The translations under genes and the position numbers were made by a program. Below are positions 7,701 through 14,311 of a stretch of DNA of 64,000 nucleotides, piece after piece. Below the pieces are notes generated by a model. It had not been told where the DNA came from, searched no databases, and saw nothing but the letters and a program-made list of their open reading frames with translations. The stretch covers positions 14,201-78,200 of the forward strand of contig CAYYYL010000012.1 of assembly GCA_964475835.1 (NCBI GenBank), given 5' to 3'. The first letter of the stretch is position 1. Each line of letters begins with the position of its first letter. The DNA is from an uncultured Verrucomicrobiota bacterium. GTDB lineage: Bacteria > Verrucomicrobiota > Verrucomicrobiia > JABWAM01.

Positions 7701-10254
7701 TTCCTCCCTGGTTGTGAATGACCGGGGCGGCCTGATTCTTAAAGAAGGTACTATTCTGGACCGCGAGACTTCCTGCTGAAACATACACGGCACTGCCGAG
7801 CATCTGATTTCGGCCCCAAGCCATCAAATTCTGATCGGTAAAAAGGCAGTTGATGAGATTCAATACGCCGGATCCCTGATACATCGCACCGCCATGGGCA
7901 AAACTCCAATCCGGAGTACTCGGTCCCGGCATCAGATAGCATTGGTTGGCGCCAAAAGAACAGGCCCGGAAGGAATTGGTTCCGGTATCACACCACACCG
8001 CCCCCCCACGCGCATAGCGCCCCGGTGCAGTGAAAATGGTATAGGCGTCCGCCTGGTTGTTCTGAAACCGGCAGCGGATGAAGGAGGAATTTCCCGAAAT
8101 TTTCACCGCCCCTCCGGCGGTGTCGATTCCTGAAGTAAACGAGGGGTTCAAACTGTTGCCCTCGAAAACCCCATCCTGAACGTTCAAACTTCCCTTGCTC
8201 ATCACCGCCTTTATCGCCCCGCCGCCATACACCGCGGAGTTGTTGGTGAAATCGCAGCTTTGAAGATTGAGATCACCCTGCTTGAAGGTGGCATGAATAG
8301 CTCCTCCGTCGTCTGTTGACCGGTTATTGTAAAATCGGCAGCTCTTGATGACAGGAACGCCATCCTGAAGTCGTAGCGCTGTGCGCGTGGCCCCTTGAAA
8401 GACACATCCTTGCAGAACACTCCCCGCCAGCGCGTTGGTGAGGACCATCCCCTGCCAGCCATTCGAATTCCCAGGAGCAGGTTGGAAAAGGACAGGCTTG
8501 TCCGACTGTCCCTGAACTTTCAGCAATCCCGAGGCTTTGATCCCACTGTTCGTTTGAAAGAGAACGATCACACCGGGATCAATCGTCAGGTTGCTGACCA
8601 CGAGATCTCCCGTCACAAGGTACGGGGACGTTGACTCCGACCAGACCTGCCCATTCACGACGCCACTCACCAGCGTGGGTGCACGCACCACGACCGTCAC
8701 CGTCGCTACAGCGGAGTCGGCACGTCCGTCATTCGCCTTATACGTAAAAGTATCGGTCCCAACGTAACCCGCCACCGGAGAATAAACAAAATCAGTTCCC
8801 GTTCCTGAAACGGTTCCATGCACAGGAGGACTCACCACCCCGTATGTCAGGACATCCAGATCGCTGTCGGTTCCCGAGACGCGAATCGTGACGGAAGCCC
8901 CCATACCCGTGCTTGCACTGCGGGCAAGCGCCACAGGAGGGTGATTTCCGGCAACCCCAACCTCGGAAAACACCACCTGCGTGGAATTCGTTCCCGTATT
9001 GGCGCTCACTTGAACAAGGTTCGTCCCAAAGCCCAACCCAAGTTTGAGATAAGCCGATACCACGCCGTTCGTTGAAGTCCGCACAATGAGAGTCGTCCCC
9101 GGCGTGGAATCGGGCGTGACAGCGAGTTGAGCTCCCCCCTGGGTGACACTGAATTTCACCGGGGCATTATTGAGATTCGCGCCCGCAACAACCGCCTTGA
9201 CCGTAAGTGGAAGCATTAGAAAGGAATTGGTCGGAGCCACCTGGCGATCCCCTCCCACAACACTCAAGACGGGAACCACTCCGTTGAAATAGTCCGTGGG
9301 GTCACTGGCACTCTGAAACTCCTGCAGATTGGAACGACCATCTCCATCCAAATCTCCAACGGGATCGACGCTCAGGGTCTGAAAATATCGAAGTCTCCAA
9401 CTATCCAGCATGCCCAGGGAACCCGTGTCCCCATCAAAATCACCCGTACCCACAATCTGCCATTGTCCGGGAAGGACAGACCCCGGAACCCAGCTGATGC
9501 CCGAAAGGACCGTGGTCCCATTCATGAATGTCACCGCACGATCCCCCGTTAACGCGTTCTGCCAGATCAGATCGGGTTTGCCGTCCTGATTTAAATCCCC
9601 TACGGCCGCAACCTGCCAGGAAGGGGGAACTGTGCCCACCGGAATCAAGCCGCCGGGAACCAGATTGTTGAAAAGCTGAAGACTGACATCCCCCGTCCCA
9701 GCATGCTCCACCACCAGATCCAGAAAGCCGTCCCCATTAAAATCCCCACATCCCTTGACCTGAAGAGCCACCGGCCAGGTGGCAAAAACCATGCTGTTTG
9801 TAATCTGCCCACCGCTCATGAAGGAAAAAATGCGCCCCCCCGTTGTCGTGTTTTGCCAGACAAGTGTGGTGCTTACATCCCGGCGAAAATCCCCAGCCGC
9901 CGCAATCTGCCATTCCGTGGGCACATTCGCGACATAGACCGCATTGCTTGCGACACACCCCGACATCAACAAGCCCCACCGATCCCCGGTCGTTGTGTTC
10001 TGAACAAGGATATCAGGACTTGGATCGGTATTCAGACGGCCAACCCCCGCGATTTTCCATTCGGGCGGAAGGGTGGCAAATGGAACGGCCACCGTGGAGG
10101 TCGTTCCATTCATGATCGTGACAAAACGCTCCCCTGTGGAGGTGTTTTCCCAAAGGACATCCGTCCTCCCATCCCCGGCAATCGCGTTCCACACCATCGA
10201 AAGGTGAATGAAAACCAGAAAGGTCCGAAAGCACAAAACAGGCCTGAAACTCAT
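4756..10254 (-). CDS. giant secreted mosaic surface protein: FG-GAP/VCBS-like repeats, Ig-like domains, two Pmp-type beta-helix units, inserted CBM-like modules
   Basis: ORF 4756..10296; start placed at MSFRPVLCFRTFLVFIHLSMVWNAIAG (10254, signal-like). Repeats of the type DILVQNTTTGDRW / TLVWQNTTTGGRI / DLIWQNALTGDRA are FG-GAP/VCBS-like. DLDGDGRSNLQEF is a Ca-binding-like motif. Many GGAI/GGAV plus F..N repeats point to a polymorphic-membrane-protein-type beta-helix. PLSYQWQKNRVNIPGATQATY...STYRVIVSNGVGS is I-set Ig-like. Confidence 0.85.
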   Translation of the reverse strand: MSFRPVLCFRTFLVFIHLSMVWNAIAGDGRTDVLWENTSTGERFVTIMNGTTSTVAVPFATLPPEWKIAGVGRLNTDPSPDILVQNTTTGDRWGLLMSGCVASNAVYVANVPTEWQIAAAGDFRRDVSTTLVWQNTTTGGRIFSFMSGGQITNSMVFATWPVALQVKGCGDFNGDGFLDLVVEHAGTGDVSLQLFNNLVPGGLIPVGTVPPSWQVAAVGDLNQDGKPDLIWQNALTGDRAVTFMNGTTVLSGISWVPGSVLPGQWQIVGTGDFDGDTGSLGMLDSWRLRYFQTLSVDPVGDLDGDGRSNLQEFQSASDPTDYFNGVVPVLSVVGGDRQVAPTNSFLMLPLTVKAVVAGANLNNAPVKFSVTQGGAQLAVTPDSTPGTTLIVRTSTNGVVSAYLKLGLGFGTNLVQVSANTGTNSTQVVFSEVGVAGNHPPVALARSASTGMGASVTIRVSGTDSDLDVLTYGVVSPPVHGTVSGTGTDFVYSPVAGYVGTDTFTYKANDGRADSAVATVTVVVRAPTLVSGVVNGQVWSESTSPYLVTGDLVVSNLTIDPGVIVLFQTNSGIKASGLLKVQGQSDKPVLFQPAPGNSNGWQGMVLTNALAGSVLQGCVFQGATRTALRLQDGVPVIKSCRFYNNRSTDDGGAIHATFKQGDLNLQSCDFTNNSAVYGGGAIKAVMSKGSLNVQDGVFEGNSLNPSFTSGIDTAGGAVKISGNSSFIRCRFQNNQADAYTIFTAPGRYARGGAVWCDTGTNSFRACSFGANQCYLMPGPSTPDWSFAHGGAMYQGSGVLNLINCLFTDQNLMAWGRNQMLGSAVYVSAGSLAVQNSTFFKNQAAPVIHNQGGTAMAQNSIFYFNNSNGPQISGSVQVDFSDVYGMAPGTGNIHLNPALDGQNRPVAPSPTIDAGNPAPAYNDTLFPPSLGSVRNDMGHFGGPGAIDWNGGAPVIVSPPESQAVALGRSATWRIVTGGDLPLSYQWQKNRVNIPGATQATYVTPPLFFADSGSTYRVIVSNGVGSITSPEAVLTVPARGPTPVGGTIAGQFWDASMSPVLVTNDLLINDLEIQPGVTIQFQSNTAVRVNGVIKALGTQSQPIVFQAAGTNSVSWQGLLFQNTIPGSEFHWCVFKGASNSALRLVENVPVIDHCSFFNNSSENRGGAIDLVLSKGDLNLPGCTFTNNTAFAAGGAISAVLSNGTFTADHCVFRGNMTDPAFTPYVDTQGGAVRVFGSSILTRCDFSNNQARALTIYAATGRYAQGGAIWAGGGTNSFRGCSFLDNACYVNAGPSTPDWSFASGGAVYQDSGILTLFNDLFARNDLIAGGRKMILGSALCVSTGGMYAANCSFIGNKTAPAVHNDHGGAEVVNSIFYFNNEVSHNYPGGWSGIYWQGPMNNWGSVPNGGLNLTGAKKLKFMARGETPGISLEFFAGGITGAYPDTLPKLSTGFITLTNVWKQYELDFTGKDLSRVSGGFGFVYTWADNAASNPTGWVFYVDNIMIDNGGAAGPTNSVPALPLPHAIYKEAHDRYYLPSGWMGDAGALQFSAVDTSTPGSGTQSIRVDYSAALSITNGWAGIYWQNPDDNWGTIFRAGYNLTGAAKVKFMARGAMAGVKVKFVAGGIAGPFPDTFRAETPVLTLGTAWQSYEINLAGMNLSDVIGGFSFIIAKADNPGGATFYLDDIVYDNGGLAPLPTTPPTPVLPFWIYKDVHDQYVPSGWMGNTSAMSLSDSSKRNPAEGSRCIKISYLMPTWDAQISGDMKVEYSDVQGGFNAIGNIEEDPVFDGSYRMLTNSPTVDAGNPASGSNDAVLPPAVGTSRNDMGHLGGPGAVYWQ
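4999..6126 (-). other. 376-aa cassette of two ~180-aa CBM-like modules in shifted phase, inserted within beta-helix unit 2
   Basis: Order is C-terminal module part (6126..5737), full module (5700..5188), N-terminal module part (5154..4999). Module motifs GIYWQ.P..NWG, NLTGA.K.KFMARG, W..YE..L.G..LS.V.GGF match the modules of the gene at 25459..31731. Confidence 0.8.
6127..7146 (-). repeat. beta-helix unit 2, main body (its 80-aa tail lies at 4759..4998, after the inserted cassette)
   Basis: aa 1051-1390 ending NSIFYFNN. Tail aa 1767-1846 (AQISGDMKVEYSDV...RNDMGHLGGPGAVYWQ) aligns with the unit 1 tail (PQISGSVQVDFSDV...RNDMGHFGGPGAIDWN). Confidence 0.8.
7426..8682 (-). repeat. beta-helix unit 1 of the giant protein (paralogous to unit 2)
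   Basis: aa ~539-957. This unit aligns along its whole length with unit 2 (e.g. SPYLVTGDLVVSNLTIDPGVIVLFQ vs SPVLVTNDLLINDLEIQPGVTIQFQ; PSTPDWSFAHGGAMYQGSGVL vs PSTPDWSFASGGAVYQDSGIL; NSIFYFNN in both). Boundaries are approximate. Confidence 0.8.
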
Positions 10255-10373
10255 AGGGGGAGCACCGATCCTACCCCCACGGACCCCCCATCTCAATCAA
10301 ATGACAGGACCCACATTCGCAAGTCTAATACCAGCGACTAAAACCTCCCTTGGACACCGCCAAAAAATTCGCC

Positions 10374-11180
10374 TTACGTCAGAAGTTTTAACACGTTCTG
10401 AGCCGCAAGATTGCCATGGGAAACCGCCGAAACCGCAGCCCGGTTCAAGATACCATTCTTTGCCAGATTTGTGCTTTCCTCTGCAAAATCAACATCCGAA
10501 ATCCGTGAATTGGCCTGAATCGTATTCAGCCGCTCCGACTGAATGTTTCCCGAGGTGTAACTGAGCGCAGCCACATCGGCATTCACCTTCGCCCGACTCG
10601 AGGCAATATTCTGAATGGAGGAGCTGATCTGGCTGATGGCCAATTGGGCCGCATCCGGCGTCAACACATTGCTCGTACTGATTCCGGATACATCACTCCC
10701 GGCATCCGCAATCGACAGCGTGTACACATTGGATCCGGAAGCATCCACCGCCGTTCCCACATTCTGACTGGCATCAAAAACCCGGGTTCCATTGAAGGAT
10801 GCATTCTGAACCTCGTTGTTGATCTGGTCGCGCACCTTGGAGAACTCCTCATTCAATGCGGTGCGGTCATCGGCATTCAAAGTCCCATCCTTGGCCCTTA
10901 CAGCAAGCTCGCTCAAGCGACCCAATTGCCCCTGAATCACATTCAAAAATCCATCCGCCGTCTGAGCAAATGAGGTGAGATTCTGGACCCCCTCCGAAGC
11001 CGCACTCAAACTCCGGGTTGCCGCATCCAGCTTGCTGGAAACCGCCGCCGCGGTCGGATCGTCCGAAGGATCCGCAAATTTTTTTCCCGAGGCCAAACGC
11101 TTCCCCGACTTCTGCAAACCATCGTTTGTCAATCGCAGATAGTAGAGGGCATTCTGGGATGAAATTTCAGATAAACTCAT
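10374..11180 (-). CDS. flagellin-family protein (minimal D0/D1-only flagellin or FlgL-like), 268 aa
   Basis: Start at MSLSEISS (11180), preceded by GGAGG. The N-domain LASGKKFADPSDDPTAAAVSSKL...LGRLSELAVRAKDGTLNADDRTALNEEFSKVRDQI...FNGTRVFD and the C-domain RAKVNADVAALSYTSGNIQSERLNTIQANSRISDVDFAEESTNLAKNGILNRAAVS...NVLKLL follow the flagellin_N/flagellin_C pattern. Confidence 0.7.
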   Translation of the reverse strand: MSLSEISSQNALYYLRLTNDGLQKSGKRLASGKKFADPSDDPTAAAVSSKLDAATRSLSAASEGVQNLTSFAQTADGFLNVIQGQLGRLSELAVRAKDGTLNADDRTALNEEFSKVRDQINNEVQNASFNGTRVFDASQNVGTAVDASGSNVYTLSIADAGSDVSGISTSNVLTPDAAQLAISQISSSIQNIASSRAKVNADVAALSYTSGNIQSERLNTIQANSRISDVDFAEESTNLAKNGILNRAAVSAVSHGNLAAQNVLKLLT

Positions 11181-11264
11181 GGTAAACCTCCAATGGATGG
11201 TTGGATTCGATGGGCCATGCCCCTCCCGGGGTATTTGGGTGAGAGACACTCTCTTGACTCCCAC

Positions 11265-11293
11265 AATATCCACCCGTTTTGCACACTTGTCAA
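11265..11293 (-). promoter_or_regulatory. sigma70-like promoter candidate upstream of the flagellin-family gene
   Basis: The minus strand reads TTGACA - 17 nt (agtgtgcaaaacgggtg) - GATATT, about 85 nt upstream of the ATG at 11180. Confidence 0.4.
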
Positions 11294-11368
11294 TGGGTGT
11301 ACAATTGAGAACTCAGGCAATATTTGCATTTTGCAATTCCGACAAACTCCCCCTAAAATCAAGGTCTT

Positions 11369-11743
11369 ATGTCAGATTTTAGGATGAAACGAGTGAATGA
11401 GCAGGTGAAGCGAGAACTCAGTGCCCTGATTCGGGAATACCTGCCAGTGGAAGACCATGGGGTGATTTCCGTGACCGACGTGGATGTCTCCAAGGATCTC
11501 CGAACGGCAAATGTTTACTTCAGCATCGTGGGAATGCCAAGGCACGAGGAAAACGCCATCGAAGCCCTGGAAAAAGTCCGGGGAAGCCTCCAGCATGATC
11601 TCTCCCGAAAGGTGATGATGAAGTACACCCCCTGCCTTGTGTTCAGACACGATCGGGGGCTGGAACGCGGAGAACGAGTGACCCGCATTTTGGACGATCT
11701 GGAACGGGAATCCCCAACCTCCCATGACGACTCTGGGGAGTAA
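11369..11743 (+). CDS. rbfA: ribosome-binding factor A
   Basis: MKRVNEQVKRELSALIREYL...VISVTDVDVSKDLRTANVYFSIVG...LSRKVMMKYTPCLVFRHD is the classic RbfA pattern. Confidence 0.9.
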   Translation: MSDFRMKRVNEQVKRELSALIREYLPVEDHGVISVTDVDVSKDLRTANVYFSIVGMPRHEENAIEALEKVRGSLQHDLSRKVMMKYTPCLVFRHDRGLERGERVTRILDDLERESPTSHDDSGE

Positions 11744-11839
11744 CATTCGCCACGAATAAGGACTTCGTATAAAAATTGAAATGAATTCTTGTGTGACTCA
11801 GCTCCTTTGTGTTTCTTGGGTCAAACACGACAGCACTGT

Positions 11840-12712
11840 ATGAAAATCTACATCGACGGAAAATTCTATGGCGAGAAAAACGCGAAGATTTCCGTATTCG
11901 ATCATGGCCTCCTGTACGGAGATGGTGTGTTTGAAGGTATTCGCGCCTACAACGGACGGATCTTTCGCCTGGAGGAACACATCGACCGCCTCTTCCTCTC
12001 CGCCAAGGCAATATTGCTTGAAATTCCCCTTTCCAAGCCGGACCTGATCGAGGCCGTGGCCAGAACCTGCGCCGCAAACAAACTGCGTGACGGCTATATC
12101 CGCCTCGTGGTCACACGCGGAATCGGAAATCTCGGACTCAACCCCTTTAATTGCAAAAAACCCACCATCATCATCATTGCCGACAAAATCACCCTCTATC
12201 CGGCGGAAATGTATCGCAAGGGCCTTGATCTGATCACCGTCCCCACCACCCGTGTCGCCGCCTCGGCCTTCAACCCCGCCATCAAGTCCCTCAATTACCT
12301 TAACAACGTCCTTGCCAAAATCGAAGCGATCCAGGGGGGCGTTCTTGAGGCCGTGATGCTCAACCACCATGGCTATATCGCGGAATGCACGGGAGACAAC
12401 ATCTTCATCGTTCGCGGAGGCCGGATCGTGACCCCCCCCACCTCCGCAGGAGCCCTTGCGGGCATTACCCGCCAGGTGGTTTTCCAGCTCGCACGCGAAC
12501 ACCTCGGCATGGATGTGTGTGAGGAAAATCTCACACGCTATGACGTTTTTACCGCAGACGAATGCTTCCTGACAGGCACTGGCGCCGAAATCATCCCCGC
12601 CGTGAAACTCGACGGTCGCGTCATTGGCACCGGCAAACCCGGCGAGATCACGGCTCGCCTGATGGAACAGTTTCGCGAGACCACCCTTCACGAAGGCCAC
12701 CCCATCCGATGA
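11840..12712 (+). CDS. ilvE: branched-chain amino acid aminotransferase (class IV PLP enzyme)
   Basis: Start at MKIYIDGKF (11840). ISVFDHGLLYGDGVFEGIRAYNGRIFRLEEHIDRL, IRLVVTRG, KSLNYLNNVLAK and AECTGDNIFIV are typical of IlvE/DAAT-fold enzymes. Confidence 0.85.
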   Translation: MKIYIDGKFYGEKNAKISVFDHGLLYGDGVFEGIRAYNGRIFRLEEHIDRLFLSAKAILLEIPLSKPDLIEAVARTCAANKLRDGYIRLVVTRGIGNLGLNPFNCKKPTIIIIADKITLYPAEMYRKGLDLITVPTTRVAASAFNPAIKSLNYLNNVLAKIEAIQGGVLEAVMLNHHGYIAECTGDNIFIVRGGRIVTPPTSAGALAGITRQVVFQLAREHLGMDVCEENLTRYDVFTADECFLTGTGAEIIPAVKLDGRVIGTGKPGEITARLMEQFRETTLHEGHPIR

Positions 12713-13215
12713 AATGTGACGTATGCAAAGAGGCTGAGGCCACCGTCCACCTGACCCAGATCGTCAGCGGGGCGATGCAGAAAATCGACCTCTGCGAATC
12801 CTGCGCAAAAGCCAAGGGAGTTTCCGACCCCACCGGTTTCTCTCTTGCAGACCTCCTCCTCGGTCTCGGACAGGAAAGCGCCAGCCCCACCGCACTCGCC
12901 GTGGAAACCCGCTGCCCCGGCTGCGGTATGACCCAAAGCGATTTCAAGAAATCAGGTCGCCTCGGCTGCGCCCAGTGCTATGATACCTTTTCCGAAGGAC
13001 TCTCGCCGCTCCTCAAAAGCATGCACAAAGGAGAGCAGCACATCGGGAAAACCCCTCCCGGACATTCCGAAAATCTCGCATTCGCTGAACGCCTCAAGAT
13101 CCTCAAACGTGATCTCGAACATGCCGTGAAGGCGGAAAACTTCGAGGCCGCGGCAAGTCTGCGCGACCGAATCAAAAAATTGGAACAGGAAAGCCGTGCC
13201 AAAATCAAAACCTGA
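12709..13215 (+). CDS. mcsA: protein arginine kinase activator McsA (UvrB/UvrC-motif zinc-finger protein)
   Basis: Start MKCDVCK overlaps the ilvE stop (ATGA at 12709..12712). CxxC pairs (CDVC, CESC, CPGC, CAQC) are followed by a UVR motif ENFEAAASLRDRIKKLE. Confidence 0.85.
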   Translation: MKCDVCKEAEATVHLTQIVSGAMQKIDLCESCAKAKGVSDPTGFSLADLLLGLGQESASPTALAVETRCPGCGMTQSDFKKSGRLGCAQCYDTFSEGLSPLLKSMHKGEQHIGKTPPGHSENLAFAERLKILKRDLEHAVKAENFEAAASLRDRIKKLEQESRAKIKT

Positions 13216-14311
13216 ACACTCGTCCTCCGGAACACCGCCATCGGGAGATCTCCCCGATAATATCGTCATTTCCAGTCGAGTACGCCTCGCCCGCAACCTC
13301 CAGGGACACCCCTTTCCCGGTTGGGCTAAGAAACCCGATCGTCTTCGCGTGGTCGAGGTGATCCGCCCCGTTGTCCACGAAACCTCCGACATGGAGGGCG
13401 GTTTCTGTGAAACCATGGACAATCTCTCGGCCATCGAAAAACAGGTCCTCGTGGAACGCCACCTCATCAGTCGCGAACACGCAGCCAAGAATGTCGGCAG
13501 CGCCATCGTCATCAACCGCCCCGGCACCATTGCCGTGATGATCAACGAAGAGGATCACATGCGGATGCAGGCCATCATGCCGGGGTTCCGCCTTCATCAG
13601 GTCTACGAAATGATCGACCAGCTCGACACCAAACTCGGCACCAAACTCCCCTTTGCCTTCTCCCCCAAACTCGGGTTCCTCACCGCCTGCCCCACCAACG
13701 TCGGCACCGGCATGCGGGCCTCCTCCATGATCCATCTTCCAGCCCTGGTGCTGACCGATCACATCAACAAGATCGTCCAGGCCGTCAACAAACTGGGTCT
13801 CGCCGTTCGAGGACTGTACGGTGAGGGTACGGAAGCCCTGGGCAACCTCTTCCAAATTTCCAACCAAACCACGCTTGGCGAAAAGGAGTCCGACATCATC
13901 GACCGTCTCGTCAAAGTCATCGCCGAAATCGTGAAGCACGAACAGAACGCCCGCCTGACCCTCATTGAAAAAAATCCACGCATGGTCTACGATCACGTGG
14001 GACGCGCGTACGGGATCCTCGCCAATGCACAAACCATCACCTCCAAGGAGACCATGAACCTCCTCTCGATGCTGAGCCTTGGAATCGATCTTGGCCTGTT
14101 CGATGAATTGACCCACAGCACCGTGGACCAGTTATTCATGGACACCCAACCCGCACACCTTCAGCGGAATCACAATAGTCAGAAAATGTCGGCGGAGGAT
14201 CGTGATGGTTTGAGAGCCGACTACATTCGTGCTAAACTTCTGGGAATCAAACGCCCCAAATTTGCACCCATCCCCAAAAAGCCCCAGGATGATAAAGAGG
14301 AAACCAAATGA
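13196..14311 (+). CDS. mcsB: protein arginine kinase McsB (ATP:guanido phosphotransferase family)
   Basis: ISSRVRLARNLQGHPFP, INEEDHMRMQ, FLTACPTNVGTGMRASSMIHLPAL and SNQTTLGEKE are guanidino-kinase catalytic-domain motifs. Confidence 0.9.
   Translation: MPKSKPEHSSSGTPPSGDLPDNIVISSRVRLARNLQGHPFPGWAKKPDRLRVVEVIRPVVHETSDMEGGFCETMDNLSAIEKQVLVERHLISREHAAKNVGSAIVINRPGTIAVMINEEDHMRMQAIMPGFRLHQVYEMIDQLDTKLGTKLPFAFSPKLGFLTACPTNVGTGMRASSMIHLPALVLTDHINKIVQAVNKLGLAVRGLYGEGTEALGNLFQISNQTTLGEKESDIIDRLVKVIAEIVKHEQNARLTLIEKNPRMVYDHVGRAYGILANAQTITSKETMNLLSMLSLGIDLGLFDELTHSTVDQLFMDTQPAHLQRNHNSQKMSAEDRDGLRADYIRAKLLGIKRPKFAPIPKKPQDDKEETK

Noticed and set aside
11181-11368. Sigma28 (TAAA-N15-GCCGATAA) or sigma54 (TGGCAC-N5-TTGC) promoter upstream of the flagellin-family gene
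   Set aside because: Neither consensus has correct spacing. GGAATTGCAAAATGCA is off by one for GG/GC spacing. Only a sigma70-like TTGACA-17-GATATT site is present.
11798-12700. 300-aa minus-strand ORF opposite ilvE (similar cases: 13205..14116, 14221..15423, 16144..16548 opposite mcsB/clpC)
   Set aside because: These are typical long antisense ORFs of GC-rich coding DNA. They are Gly/Asp/His/Val-rich with no motifs, and each fully overlaps a strongly supported gene on the other strand.
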